Assembly: GCA_963786935.1 (NCBI GenBank)
Contig: CAWBAN010000001.1
Coordinates: 992,001 to 1,056,000 of the forward strand
Length of the DNA: 64,000 nt
Direction of reading: 5' to 3'
Origin: an uncultured bacterium
Lineage (GTDB): Bacteria > Krumholzibacteriota > Krumholzibacteriia > Krumholzibacteriales > Krumholzibacteriaceae
In this document: in pieces, positions 40,747-50,815 of the stretch
Layout: every line of letters starts with the position of its first letter
Numbering within the stretch: position 1 is the first letter of the stretch
The notes under the pieces: model-generated
Database searches by the model: none
What the model saw: only the letters and a program-made list of their open reading frames with translations
What the model was told of the DNA's origin: nothing
Program-made: the position numbers and the translations under genes

Positions 40747-42681
40747 CTAGAATATCTGTCCGAGGCTGATATGAACCCGATAGTCGAAATCCATGTCGGC
40801 CGTCTTTTTCAACGGAAATCCGATATCCAGCCGGAGCGGCCCGACGGGCGTATAGTACCTGAATCCCAGTCCGGCGCCGTACATGTATTCGTCGCGCGTC
40901 ACGTCGGCCGGATCGGCGGTGAAACGGAAATCCGACGGATGGATCTCGTCCGCGCTGTTCCACACGGTGCCGCCGTCGAGGAAAACCGCGGCGCCGAAAT
41001 TGTACCTTCCGATGAGCGGGAGCGGGAACCTGAGCTCCAGGTTCGTGAGGAGCGATATGCGTCCCCCCGCCGGCTCGCCCCCCGCGGTGAGGGGTCCGAG
41101 GGAGTTTTCCTCGAATCCCCGCACGGAGTTCCCGCCGCCGGCGAAGAACCGGCTCTCGACCGGGAGCCCCGTTTCCCGCGACTCGCCGAAGGCATCGACG
41201 TAGCCCGCGCGCAGCCGGTACGCGAAGACGCTCCCACGGGCGACCCGCGTGTAGCGCTGCGCGGTTCCGATGAGCGAGTAGTAGTTGTCGTCGCCGCCGA
41301 GAAATCCGCCGGTGAAGCGTCCCTCGCCCGTGAAATACGTCCCCCGCTGCGGATTGAAATAGAAATCCCGCGAATCGCGCGAGAACGTGCCGAAGATCGC
41401 CCGTTTTTCCGAACGCGACTTCTCCTCTTCCACCTCGAGACGCCGGATGCGCTCGATCGAATAACCGCCGAGGAGCGACGTCTGCCGCGAGAAGCGGTGC
41501 GCCACGCGCGCGGAAAGCCCGAGGTCCTGCACGATGACCGGCTCGACCGTCGCGTCCCGTTCGTAGAACGCGCTGAGCGCGAGCGTGTTCCACGTCCCGC
41601 GCACGTGGGGAATGGTGAGCTGCCCCTCGTTCCGCAGGTATTTGCTCCGGTAGTCTATGTTGTCGAGGGAATACTCGTTGTTCGGGAACAGCTGGAACGC
41701 GTACGAGGATTTGAAGGAAACGGCGTAGCCCGTCCCGAAGACGTTCCGCTGCCCCCATTCCACGAAGAGCCGGTTTCCGTAGACGTTGCCGACGCCGACG
41801 CCACCCTCGATGTATCCCATCTTGCGCTCGCGCACCTTGACGAGCAGATCGACCTCGCGGTGCGCCGCATCGATCGAATCGGGCTCGATTTCGACCGAGC
41901 TGAAGTATCCGGTGTCGTAGAGGTTCTGCGTGCTTTCGACGACGTTCTTCTCGCGGAAGAGATCCCCCCGCCGGAGAATGAGCTCGCGCCGAACGAGATC
42001 CCCGCGCACCGTCCGCGTCCCCTCGACGCGCGTATCCCGTATGCGAATCGGGTCGCCCGCCGCGATCGTCCACTCGATGTCGATATCGGTCGAATCGACG
42101 CGGGTCTCGTGCGTCACCCGGGCGGCGAGATATCCCTCATCGAAGAACTTGCTCAGGAGCATGAATCGATCTGCTTCGAGGAGATTGGGGTTGTACGGCG
42201 CCCCGGGGACGAGCTTGAGCCCCTTCCTGAGATCGTCGTCGGATATGAGATCCTGGCCCGCGACGCGGAGCGAGCGTACGACCGATTGGGGACCCTCGCT
42301 GACCATGAGGCGGATCTTCACCGAGCGGGACTTCTCGTCCTGCGCGACCGATTCGATCGTCACGCGGGCCTCGAAGAATCCGTTCATGCGGTAGAACGAT
42401 TCGAGCGCGGCGACGTCGCGGCGCAGGAAATCGCGCCGGTACTTCGGCTGCCGGAAGATGCGGTAGAATCGCGACTCTTTCGTGCGCATCCGTTTCATGA
42501 GCGCCGCGTCGTCGAAGGTCGCGTTGCCGAGAATCTCGATCCGCTCGACGGTGGGAAGCTTGACGCCGAAATCGGCCGCCGACGTCCCGGACCGGACGCC
42601 GAGCGACACGAGGAGAAAGACAACTATTCCCGCCGATAGCGCGCCCCGCAACCGCACGCCGAACCGCATATCAATTGACAA
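40747..42681 (-). CDS. BamA/TamA-family Omp85 protein with POTRA domains
   Basis: POTRA motifs (FYRMNGFFEA, LYDTGYFSSV), FFAGGGNSVRGF, TPVGPLRLD, ISLGQIF. Start uncertain (42681 or 42669). Confidence 0.88.
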   Translation of the reverse strand: MSIDMRFGVRLRGALSAGIVVFLLVSLGVRSGTSAADFGVKLPTVERIEILGNATFDDAALMKRMRTKESRFYRIFRQPKYRRDFLRRDVAALESFYRMNGFFEARVTIESVAQDEKSRSVKIRLMVSEGPQSVVRSLRVAGQDLISDDDLRKGLKLVPGAPYNPNLLEADRFMLLSKFFDEGYLAARVTHETRVDSTDIDIEWTIAAGDPIRIRDTRVEGTRTVRGDLVRRELILRRGDLFREKNVVESTQNLYDTGYFSSVEIEPDSIDAAHREVDLLVKVRERKMGYIEGGVGVGNVYGNRLFVEWGQRNVFGTGYAVSFKSSYAFQLFPNNEYSLDNIDYRSKYLRNEGQLTIPHVRGTWNTLALSAFYERDATVEPVIVQDLGLSARVAHRFSRQTSLLGGYSIERIRRLEVEEEKSRSEKRAIFGTFSRDSRDFYFNPQRGTYFTGEGRFTGGFLGGDDNYYSLIGTAQRYTRVARGSVFAYRLRAGYVDAFGESRETGLPVESRFFAGGGNSVRGFEENSLGPLTAGGEPAGGRISLLTNLELRFPLPLIGRYNFGAAVFLDGGTVWNSADEIHPSDFRFTADPADVTRDEYMYGAGLGFRYYTPVGPLRLDIGFPLKKTADMDFDYRVHISLGQIF

Positions 42682-42721
42682 CGTATCCCCCGACCTGTAC
42701 CGTGCTTGCAGGAGGAGAACC

Positions 42722-43141
42722 TTGGTACGGACGCATCGTGCGCGAGAAACGCGGCCTTCTCCCGTTCAGGCGCGGTCGAAGCGTCTCCGCGGGAGGACGC
42801 TTCCCACCCTCGCGGCCGTTCTCGCGACGGCCGCGCTCCTCTTCTGCGCCTGCCAGAGCCCCGATCCCATCGCCAAGGAAAAGGCGCGAACCCTGACTCC
42901 CGATGAGCGTTACCTCGTCGATTATTATATGAAAATAATAGAATTTGAACAGCTGCAACATGACAATCCGGCCTCCCGCGAGGAGAAGCGAAAAGAGCTC
43001 GATGAGAATCTGGACCGGGAACGGATACGGAGAACGCTCGCCGAGCTTGAGAAAAGGCCCGAACGGTGGCTGGCTATCTACAATCGCATAAACGAATTAC
43101 GATATCGCGCCCTCGAGAAAGAGACTACCGGACAAGATTGA
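42722..43141 (+). CDS. Hypothetical lipoprotein
   Basis: TTG after AGGAGGAG; hydrophobic stretch ending FCAC; charged helical remainder; fills the gap between rseP and tamA. Confidence 0.6.
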   Translation: MVRTHRARETRPSPVQARSKRLRGRTLPTLAAVLATAALLFCACQSPDPIAKEKARTLTPDERYLVDYYMKIIEFEQLQHDNPASREEKRKELDENLDRERIRRTLAELEKRPERWLAIYNRINELRYRALEKETTGQD

Positions 43142-44495
43142 AGATATCGAGCGCGAGAATGCCCGCCATCAGCACGATGAGAACCACGAAGCCCACCTGC
43201 ATGAGAACCGTCTGAACCCGCTTATTCAACTTTCGCCCCGTCACGAGCTCGATCGCGCCGAGAACGAAGTGCCCCCCGTCGAACGGAAGGATGGGCAGCA
43301 GGTTGAATATCGCCAGATTGAGCGAGAAGAACGCGAGGAAGTAAATGAGATGGCCGAATCCCCATCGGACCATGTCGCCCGCCATGACCGCGACGCGCAG
43401 GGGCCCCCCGACCGCCCGAATGGTCGTATGCCGGGTAATGAATTTCCCGAGGAAATCGAGGACCGCTTCGAACGTGTACGCGAAGTACTTCGACCCGTAG
43501 ACGACCGCCGCGGGGAACGAGATCCTCATATTCTCGTAATACGGGCTGACGCCGATCTGCCCCACCTTCACGACGTCGATGCGCTCCCCCTCGGACGCCA
43601 CCTCCCCGGCGACGGGGGTGATCACGGACGTATGCACCTTCCCCCCGTATTCCCAGACGAACTTCATGGGCCGGCCCGCCATCGGCTGAATCCGCTCCTC
43701 GAGCTCCGTGTATTTCGTCACCGTCGTGTCGTTGATCGACAGAATCGTCGCGCCCCTGCGCAGCCCGGCGCGATACGCGGGGCTGTCTTTTTTGACGTCT
43801 CCGATGCGCGGGGTATAGAATTCCTCGATCCCGATCCCTATCCTCCACGCTTTGCTTTCGTCGTCGTAGCGCGGCTTGACGTCGATCGACAGCGTATCCG
43901 GGCCCCGAAGAACGACGAAGCGGCATGGCTCGCCCTTTTTCGCGGCGAGGAGCTTCTCGATTTGCCCCCAATGCTCGAGGCGCTTGCCGTCTATGGAGAA
44001 GATCGTGTCCGCCACCTGCATGCCCGCGCGCTCGGCCGGGCTTTCCTTCTGGACCTGTTGAATCGCGGTGCTCGGATCGATCGGCATCCCCTGGATATAG
44101 AAACTGAAAATGTAGACGGCCAGCGCGAGGATGAAATTCATCGCGGGGCCCGCGAGCACGACCGACATCCTGCCGAGGGGAGGCCTGTTCCGGTACATTC
44201 GCTCGGGAGGAACGTCGGGCTCGCCGGACGGCGCGGCGGCTTCGCCGTCCGCCCCCTTCTTTTCGTCCTCCGTCTCGCTCAGCTCTCCGGCGAATTTCAC
44301 GTACCCGCCGAACGGCAGCGCGCTGATCGCGTACTCCGTTTCGCCGACCTTCTTCCGCAGCAGCTTCGGCCCGAATCCGAACGAGAAGGTAATGACGTAG
44401 ATGCGGTTGAGCTTCGCGACGATGAAATGGCCGAACTCGTGCACGAACACGACGATGCCGAGAACGAACATGAATGCCGCCACGGTGAGTAGCAT
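43125..44495 (-). CDS. rseP: RIP metalloprotease RseP
   Basis: HEFGH, PFGGYV, two PDZ domains, NLLPILPFDGG. Confidence 0.95.
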   Translation of the reverse strand: MLLTVAAFMFVLGIVVFVHEFGHFIVAKLNRIYVITFSFGFGPKLLRKKVGETEYAISALPFGGYVKFAGELSETEDEKKGADGEAAAPSGEPDVPPERMYRNRPPLGRMSVVLAGPAMNFILALAVYIFSFYIQGMPIDPSTAIQQVQKESPAERAGMQVADTIFSIDGKRLEHWGQIEKLLAAKKGEPCRFVVLRGPDTLSIDVKPRYDDESKAWRIGIGIEEFYTPRIGDVKKDSPAYRAGLRRGATILSINDTTVTKYTELEERIQPMAGRPMKFVWEYGGKVHTSVITPVAGEVASEGERIDVVKVGQIGVSPYYENMRISFPAAVVYGSKYFAYTFEAVLDFLGKFITRHTTIRAVGGPLRVAVMAGDMVRWGFGHLIYFLAFFSLNLAIFNLLPILPFDGGHFVLGAIELVTGRKLNKRVQTVLMQVGFVVLIVLMAGILALDIFNLVR

Positions 44496-44505
44496 GAATC
44501 CTCCG

Positions 44506-45669
44506 TCACGTGAAGAGCGCTTCGCGGTGCCGCCTCGCGAGGAATTCCCTCGTCCAGCGATCCGCTTCGAATACGTCGTCGAGCGAGCCGATCGGGCGCG
44601 CCGTATGCGCCCCGAGCGTTTCCTCGATCCACGAGGCGATCGTCGGGAAAGCGATCCTGCCCGCGAGAAACGCGCGCACCGCGATTTCGTCCGCCGCGTT
44701 GAGCGCCGCGGGCGCCGTGCCGCCGCGCTCCGCCGCCGCGAGCGCGAGCGAATACGCGGGATATTCCCCGCGCGGGAGCGGAACGAACTCGAGCCGCCCG
44801 AGATCGTCGAGGGTGAGCGCGCGCCACGGGAACTCGCGAACCTCGGGATGATACAGCGCGCTCATGAGGGCGAGCTTCATGTCCGCCGGCCCGAGGTGGG
44901 CGATGAGCGAGCCGTCCCGCAGGCGCACGATCGCGTGCACGAGCGACTGCGGGTGCAGCACGACCCTGATCGCCTCGTACGGGAAATCGAACAGCCATCG
45001 GGCCTCGATCACCTCGAGCCCCTTGTTGAGCAGATTCGCCGAATCGACGGTCACCTTCGGCCCCATCTTCCAGGTCGGATGGTCGAGCACCTGCTCGACG
45101 GTGACACCGGCGAGATCCGCCTGCCGTTTCCCGTAAAAAGGCCCCCCCGACGCGGTCAGGACGATCTCGACCGCGTCGTCCCGGTTCCCGCGGAGGCAGC
45201 GGGAGATCGAAAAGTGCTCGCTGTCGATCGGGATGATCGCGCCGCCTTCGCGCGGAAATCGCCGCGTGATGAGCTCGCCGGCGGTCACGAGCGTCTCTTT
45301 ATTTGCGAGCGCCACGGTGCAGCCGAGCTCGAGGGCGGTCATCGTCGGCTTGAGCCCCGATATTCCGACGAGCGCGTTGATGACGAGGGCGGGGCTCGTT
45401 TCCCTGATGAGCGCATCGATGCCGTCGTCGCCGTAGCCGGCGGCCCGCCCGGCGAGACCGCGTTCCTTCATCGCCGCCCCGGCGGAGGCGCCGTTCCGCG
45501 CGGAAAACCGGGCCCCGGCGAACCGCGCGAGCTGCGCGGCGAGCTCATCGACGTTGTCGCCGGCGGCCAGCCCCGCGACCTCGAACTCGCCGCGCGCGCG
45601 ATCGAGGATCTCGAGGGCCGACCGTCCGATCGAGCCGGTCGATCCGAGTATGACGATGCGCTTCATCAT
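44506..45669 (-). CDS. dxr: 1-deoxy-D-xylulose-5-phosphate reductoisomerase
   Basis: LGSTGSIG, LANKE, PIDSEH, TASGGPF, HPTWKMG. Confidence 0.96.
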   Translation of the reverse strand: MMKRIVILGSTGSIGRSALEILDRARGEFEVAGLAAGDNVDELAAQLARFAGARFSARNGASAGAAMKERGLAGRAAGYGDDGIDALIRETSPALVINALVGISGLKPTMTALELGCTVALANKETLVTAGELITRRFPREGGAIIPIDSEHFSISRCLRGNRDDAVEIVLTASGGPFYGKRQADLAGVTVEQVLDHPTWKMGPKVTVDSANLLNKGLEVIEARWLFDFPYEAIRVVLHPQSLVHAIVRLRDGSLIAHLGPADMKLALMSALYHPEVREFPWRALTLDDLGRLEFVPLPRGEYPAYSLALAAAERGGTAPAALNAADEIAVRAFLAGRIAFPTIASWIEETLGAHTARPIGSLDDVFEADRWTREFLARRHREALFT

Positions 45670-46556
45670 GCGAATATCACGTACTTCAAAACGTAATAGA
45701 TCAGGGGCGCGGTGAACAGCAGGGAATCGAACCGGTCGAGCACCCCGCCGTGGCCCGGAATCGTCCGCGAGGAATCCTTGATCTTCACGTCGCGCTTGAT
45801 CATCGATTCGCACAGGTCGCCGAGCTGGCCGACGACCGAGGCGCCGAGCGCGAGGCCGACCGATGCGACGACGGTGAGGTACGGCGCCATGACGGCGCGG
45901 GCGACGAATATCCCGACGAGCGAGCCGAGGACGCCGCCGATCGCCCCTTCGATCGTTTTGCCGGGGGAGATGCTCGGGAACAGCTTGTGCCTGCCGAGGT
46001 AGATGCCGACGAAGTAGGCGCCGGTATCGTAGCACCAGGTCAAGGCGAACGTGACGATGACGAACGAGAAGCCGAGCGAGTAATCGAGCCCCTTGAGATG
46101 GGGAAGCTCCCTGAGCAGGATCAGATGGCTCCCGAGCCATCCGATGTAGAAGACACCGAACAACGTGACGGAGATATGGTAGACGGCGAGCCCCCGCTCC
46201 TTCCGGCCGAGCTCGAGAATCATGATTCCGATGAAGATGACGGTCATGAGGAGATTCGCGTAAACCCCCTGCTGGAAGAACACGTACCAGGAGAGCGCGA
46301 GTCCGCTCAGGATCCCCATCGCGCGGTACGGCTTGAGCCCCTTCGCCTCCATCATCCGGTAGAACTCCCAGAGGCCGATGAGGATCATGATGTTGATGAG
46401 CGCGAGATAGTAGTAGCCGCCCCTCCGGGCGATGACGATGAGGCACGGAATGAAGATGAACGACGCGAGCACGCGCTCCGCGATCGCCCTCCGCCGGCGC
46501 GCCGACGCTTCGGCGGCATCCCGCCCACCTGCTGATCGTTCCTCAACCGGCGTCAT
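45666..46556 (-). CDS. cdsA: Phosphatidate cytidylyltransferase
   Basis: SPGKTIEG, GDLCESMIKR, KDS..IPGHGGVLDRFDS. Confidence 0.95.
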   Translation of the reverse strand: MTPVEERSAGGRDAAEASARRRRAIAERVLASFIFIPCLIVIARRGGYYYLALINIMILIGLWEFYRMMEAKGLKPYRAMGILSGLALSWYVFFQQGVYANLLMTVIFIGIMILELGRKERGLAVYHISVTLFGVFYIGWLGSHLILLRELPHLKGLDYSLGFSFVIVTFALTWCYDTGAYFVGIYLGRHKLFPSISPGKTIEGAIGGVLGSLVGIFVARAVMAPYLTVVASVGLALGASVVGQLGDLCESMIKRDVKIKDSSRTIPGHGGVLDRFDSLLFTAPLIYYVLKYVIFA

Positions 46557-47313
46557 GGTCCGCCCCTTCCTTCAGCGCGCCGAACCGCCGCTCCCGTCCG
46601 AGATACTCGCGGATCGCGGCGACGAAATGCTCCTCCCTGAAATCGGGCCAGAGCGTGTCGGTGACGACGATCTCGGTGTACGCGAGCTGCCAGAGGAGAA
46701 AATTGCTCAGCCGCATCTCGCCGCTCGTCCGGATGAGGAGATCCGGATCGGCGATCCCGGGATCGTACAGGAAGCGCCGGAACGAGGCCTCGTCGAGATC
46801 CTCGGCGGCGAAGCTCCCCTCGCGCACCGCGGCGGCGAACGCGCGCGCCGCGTCGACGATCTCGGCGCGCCCCCCGTAGCTGATGCAGAGGTTCAGGACG
46901 AGCCCCGTGTTCCCCGCGAGCTTCCCGATCGTCTCGTCGAGCGTCGCGCGGGTCTCCCGCGGAAGCATGCCGAGCCTGCCCGTCCCCCGCAGGCGGATGT
47001 TGTTCTCGGCGAGCTCGAGGTACTCCGACCGAAGCACCTCGCCGAGGAACCGCATGAGGCCGTCCACCTCGAGGCGCGGCCGGTTCCAGTTCTCCAGCGA
47101 GAACGTGTAGAGGGAGAGCGCGGAGAGCCCCAGCTTCACCGAGGCCCGGATCGTCGCGCGCACCGATTCGGTTCCGGCGCGGTGGCCGGCGAGCCGGGGG
47201 AGCATCCGCTTCTTCGCCCACCGCCCGTTCCCGTCCATGATGACGGCGACGTGCCGGGGGAGCGCCGGATTCGCCTTCAGCTCCGCTATCGCGCGGTCAA
47301 CGGAATCGCCCAT
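46543..47313 (-). CDS. uppS: Undecaprenyl diphosphate synthase
   Basis: HVAVIMDGNGRWA, FSLENWNRP, RTSGEMRLSNFLLWQ. Confidence 0.96.
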   Translation of the reverse strand: MGDSVDRAIAELKANPALPRHVAVIMDGNGRWAKKRMLPRLAGHRAGTESVRATIRASVKLGLSALSLYTFSLENWNRPRLEVDGLMRFLGEVLRSEYLELAENNIRLRGTGRLGMLPRETRATLDETIGKLAGNTGLVLNLCISYGGRAEIVDAARAFAAAVREGSFAAEDLDEASFRRFLYDPGIADPDLLIRTSGEMRLSNFLLWQLAYTEIVVTDTLWPDFREEHFVAAIREYLGRERRFGALKEGADHDAG

Positions 47314-47345
47314 CGCCTTCTCCCCCGCCTCGCGTCCCCGCGACG

Positions 47346-47906
47346 CTAGACCTCGAGAATTTCCTTTTCCTTCGCGGCGAATATCTTGTCGAGATCGGCG
47401 GTCTTCCGGTCCGTGATGTCCTGGATCTCCTTCTGGCTCCGGTGCAGGTCGTCCTCGGTGATCTTGTGGTCCTTCTCGCTCTTTTTCAGCTTGTCGATCG
47501 CGTCCCGGCGCACGTTCCTGACCGCCACCTTCGCCTCTTCGACGAGGTGCTTCACGCCCTTCACGAGCTCCTTGCGGCGCTCCTCGGTGAGCGGCGGGAG
47601 CGGGATCCTGATGAACGTGCCGTCGCTCTGCGGATTCAGACCGAGATTCGACGTCTGGATGGCCTTGACGATCTCTCCGACGAGCGGCTTCTCCCACGGC
47701 TGCACCGTGATGAGCTTCGGATCGGGAACGACGACGTTCGCGACCTGCTTGAGCGGGACCTTCGATCCGTAGTAGTCGACCTTGACGCTGTCGAGCAGCG
47801 CGGGCGAGGCCTTCCCCGTACGGATCGTCGCGAGCTCCACCTCCATCTTTTCGATCGTCGCTTTCATGTGCTTCTCGGCGGTCTGAATGATCTCCTTCGT
47901 CTCCAT
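47346..47906 (-). CDS. frr: Ribosome recycling factor
   Basis: IRTGKASP, PPLTEERRKEL, RNVRRDA. Confidence 0.96.
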   Translation of the reverse strand: METKEIIQTAEKHMKATIEKMEVELATIRTGKASPALLDSVKVDYYGSKVPLKQVANVVVPDPKLITVQPWEKPLVGEIVKAIQTSNLGLNPQSDGTFIRIPLPPLTEERRKELVKGVKHLVEEAKVAVRNVRRDAIDKLKKSEKDHKITEDDLHRSQKEIQDITDRKTADLDKIFAAKEKEILEV

Positions 47907-47920
47907 CTGTGCCGACCTCC

Positions 47921-48640
47921 TCACTCGACGATGGTGCCGATGCGTTTTCCCTCGAGAACCCGGGTCAAATTGCCTTTCTTGAGAATATTGAACACCACGA
48001 TCGGAATGCCGTTCTCCCGGCAGAGCGCGACGGCGGTGGCGTCCATGACGCGAAGATCGTCCTTGAGGACGTCGATGTGGCGGAGCCGCGGGCGCATCAC
48101 GGCCTTCGGGTCCGTCACCGGATCGCTCGTATAAACGCCGTCGACCTTCGTCCCCTTGAGCAGCGCGTCCGCCTTGATCTCGACCGCCCGGAGCGCCGCG
48201 GCGGTGTCGGTCGTGAAGTACGGCATCCCCGTGCCGCCGGCGAGGATCACGAGCCGGCCGTTCGAGAGGTGATCGAGCGCGCGGCGCCTGATATAGGGCT
48301 CGGCGAACTGCTCCATCGAGATGGCCGTCATGACGTTCGCCTCGACGCCCGCACGCTCGAGCGCCGCCTGGAGCGCGAGCGCGTTGATGATCGTGCCGAG
48401 CATGCCCATGCAATCCGCCGCGACCCGATCGACGCCCTTCTCGCTCGCCCGGTATCCGCGCAGGATGTTCCCGCCGCCGATGACCACGGCGATCTCGCTC
48501 CCCGCGGCGCGGGCCTGCCGCAGCTCCCCGGCGAACGCGGCGACCTTCTCGAAATCGATGCTCGTGCCGGCGCTGCCGAGCACCTCGCCGCTCACCTTGA
48601 GCAGCAGCCGCTTGAACCTGAGCTTACGTTTCACGGACAA
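47921..48640 (-). CDS. pyrH: UMP kinase
   Basis: LLKVSGE, GGGNILRG, PYFTTDTAA. Confidence 0.96.
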   Translation of the reverse strand: MSVKRKLRFKRLLLKVSGEVLGSAGTSIDFEKVAAFAGELRQARAAGSEIAVVIGGGNILRGYRASEKGVDRVAADCMGMLGTIINALALQAALERAGVEANVMTAISMEQFAEPYIRRRALDHLSNGRLVILAGGTGMPYFTTDTAAALRAVEIKADALLKGTKVDGVYTSDPVTDPKAVMRPRLRHIDVLKDDLRVMDATAVALCRENGIPIVVFNILKKGNLTRVLEGKRIGTIVE

Positions 48641-48705
48641 CTCCTTCCCGCGCTCCGCGAGGCGCCCCCCGCGCGCGGCGTCCGGAGCCGGAGCGGGCGG
48701 TAAAA

Positions 48706-48733
48706 GGGCGCAGGAGAGAACCCCCCTGCGCCC
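48706..48733 (-). terminator. Intrinsic terminator candidate after tsf
   Basis: GGGCGCAGG...CCTGCGCCC stem followed by TTTT on the minus strand. Confidence 0.55.
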
Positions 48734-48774
48734 CGGTATTCACGGCCGCCGTCCCATTTCGCACATCGGGGATA

Positions 48775-49377
48775 TCAGCTCAAATCCTCCCCCAACTGGA
48801 ACCGGCTGAACCGCCGCACGATGATGTTCTCACCGAGCTTGGCGATCGTGTTCGTCACCAGCTGCCCTGCAGTCTCCTCATCGTTCTTGATGTAGGGCTG
48901 ATCGAGAAGACAGGCCTCATGGTAGAACTTCTCCAGTTTCCCTTCAACTATTTTATCGATCACGTTCGCCGGCTTGCCGCTCGCGGCCGCCTGGTTGTGA
49001 TAGATCTCGCGCTCCCGCTCGATGATCGCCGGCGGCAGATCCTCGCGGCGCACGACGATCGGCGCGGAGGCCGCGATCTGCATCGTGAGCTCCTTGCCGA
49101 GCGTCTGGAAGTCCGCCGTGCGCGCGACGAAATCCGTTTCGCAGTTGATCTCGAGCATGACGCCGATCTTCGATCCCGGATGAATGTACGAGAAGATGAG
49201 CCCTTCCTTGGCTTCCTTGCCGGCGCGCTTCGCCGCCTGCGACAGCCCCTTCTCCCGCAGCACCTTGATCGCCTTGTCGAAGTCGCCGTCGGAATCGATG
49301 AGCGCCCGCTTGCAGTCCATCATGCCCGCGCCCGTCTTCTCGCGCAGCTCCATTACCCGTTTCGGTGATATATCCAT
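48775..49377 (-). CDS. tsf: Elongation factor Ts (short form)
   Basis: LREKTGAGMMDCK, NCETDFVAR, LGENI. Confidence 0.96.
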   Translation of the reverse strand: MDISPKRVMELREKTGAGMMDCKRALIDSDGDFDKAIKVLREKGLSQAAKRAGKEAKEGLIFSYIHPGSKIGVMLEINCETDFVARTADFQTLGKELTMQIAASAPIVVRREDLPPAIIEREREIYHNQAAASGKPANVIDKIVEGKLEKFYHEACLLDQPYIKNDEETAGQLVTNTIAKLGENIIVRRFSRFQLGEDLS

Positions 49378-49418
49378 TCCGTACCCTCCGCTGTGCAGTT
49401 CGTTGCTCCGCGGGCGTT

Positions 49419-50261
49419 CTAGCGCCCCGGTCCCTCCTCCTCGATATCCACGTCGGCGCCCGTCTTCTTGCTCGCCGGCCGTTTCGGCTCCTTCGACTCC
49501 GGCGCGTGCTCGGGCCTCTCCGCCTTCTCCGGCCTCTCGGCCTTCCTGCTCTTGTCCTCGAGGAATTCCTTGTTCTTGAGGAACCTGCCCCTGCCCTCGA
49601 TGATGGCGTCGGCGAGCTCTTTCGTGAAGAGCTTGATCGACCTGATCGCGTCGTCGTTCGCCGGGACGGGGAAATCGACCTCGTCCGGATCGGCGTTCGT
49701 ATCGACGAGACCGATGATCGTGAGCCCGAGCTTCCGGGCTTCCTTGACCGCGATCTCTTCCTTCTTCGTGTCGACGACGACGAGGCACGACGGTATGGCG
49801 GTCATTCCCCTGATGCCGGATAGCACCTTGAGGAGCTTCGCCTTCTGCTTGTTGACGCTGAGAATCTCTTTCTTCGACAGCTGGTTGATCCGGCCGTCCT
49901 TTTCCATCGCCTCGAGATTTTCGAGACGCTCCATGCTCTGCTTGATGGTCTTGAAGTTGGTGAGGATGCCGCCGAGCCAGCGTTCGTTGACGTAGTACAT
50001 GCCGGAGCGCGCCGCGTCCTCCTGAATGCTCTCCTTCGCCTGCCGCTTCGTGCCGACGAAGATCGTGGTCTTTCCCTCGGCCGACAGGCTCTCGATCGCC
50101 CGATATGCCCTCTCGAGCTGCTCCATCGTCGAGCGGAGATCGATGATATAGATTCCGTTTTGTTCTTTGTAGATGTAGGGCTTCATCTTCGGATTCCAGC
50201 GCCGTGTCTGGTGCCCGAAATGAGCGCCCGCCTCGAGCATGTCTTTGATGGTGACGTTCAC
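49419..50261 (-). CDS. rpsB: 30S ribosomal protein S2
   Basis: AGAHFGHQT, FVGTK, RWLGGILTNF, PANDDA; GTG after AAAGGAGG. Confidence 0.97.
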   Translation of the reverse strand: MNVTIKDMLEAGAHFGHQTRRWNPKMKPYIYKEQNGIYIIDLRSTMEQLERAYRAIESLSAEGKTTIFVGTKRQAKESIQEDAARSGMYYVNERWLGGILTNFKTIKQSMERLENLEAMEKDGRINQLSKKEILSVNKQKAKLLKVLSGIRGMTAIPSCLVVVDTKKEEIAVKEARKLGLTIIGLVDTNADPDEVDFPVPANDDAIRSIKLFTKELADAIIEGRGRFLKNKEFLEDKSRKAERPEKAERPEHAPESKEPKRPASKKTGADVDIEEEGPGR

Positions 50262-50269
50262 CGTGCGGC

Positions 50270-50357
50270 CTCCTTTGGTTGCGCCTCCACCCCTCTCGGG
50301 CGGACCCAATCCCCGCGCTCGGGGACACCGAGGGTCCTTACGAGGGATGTGTGTAAT
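50270..50357 (-). promoter_or_regulatory. rpsB 5' leader (S2/t44-like autoregulatory RNA)
   Basis: ACACAC start, GC hairpins, GGTGGAGGCGCAACC before the RBS; position directly upstream of rpsB. Confidence 0.55.
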
Positions 50358-50366
50358 CGAACGAGA

Positions 50367-50759
50367 TTATCTCTTGGAGAACTGGAACTTCCTCCGTGCC
50401 CCCGCCTGCCCGTACTTCTTCCGTTCCTTCTCGCGCGGATCTCTCGTGAGAAAACCCCCGACCTTGAGAACCTTCTTCTGAATCTCGTCGTGCATGATGA
50501 TCGCTCGAGCGATGCCGAGTCGAAGCGCGCCGGCCTGTCCCGCAACTCCTCCCCCTTTCACCGTCGCCATGACGTCGTACTTGCCCAGCGTGCTGGTCAC
50601 CTGGAACGGCTGTCTGACGACCATGGAGAGGCTCTCGCGATGCAGGTACTCGTCGAGATCGCGTCCGTTGACCGTGACGGCCCCGGTCCCGAGGGACAGG
50701 AACACACGGGCGACCGAGGATTTCCTCCTGCCGACTGCGTGGAAAGTCTCCTTTGCCAA
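50367..50759 (-). CDS. rpsI: 30S ribosomal protein S9
   Basis: GRRKSSVARV, GGGVAGQA, ERKKYG..ARRKFQFSKR. Confidence 0.97.
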   Translation of the reverse strand: MAKETFHAVGRRKSSVARVFLSLGTGAVTVNGRDLDEYLHRESLSMVVRQPFQVTSTLGKYDVMATVKGGGVAGQAGALRLGIARAIIMHDEIQKKVLKVGGFLTRDPREKERKKYGQAGARRKFQFSKR

Positions 50760-50815
50760 AGTATCACCTCCTCCCGAGGCTCAACGAACCGAATGCGGGA
50801 CGCGCGATCGCGTCT

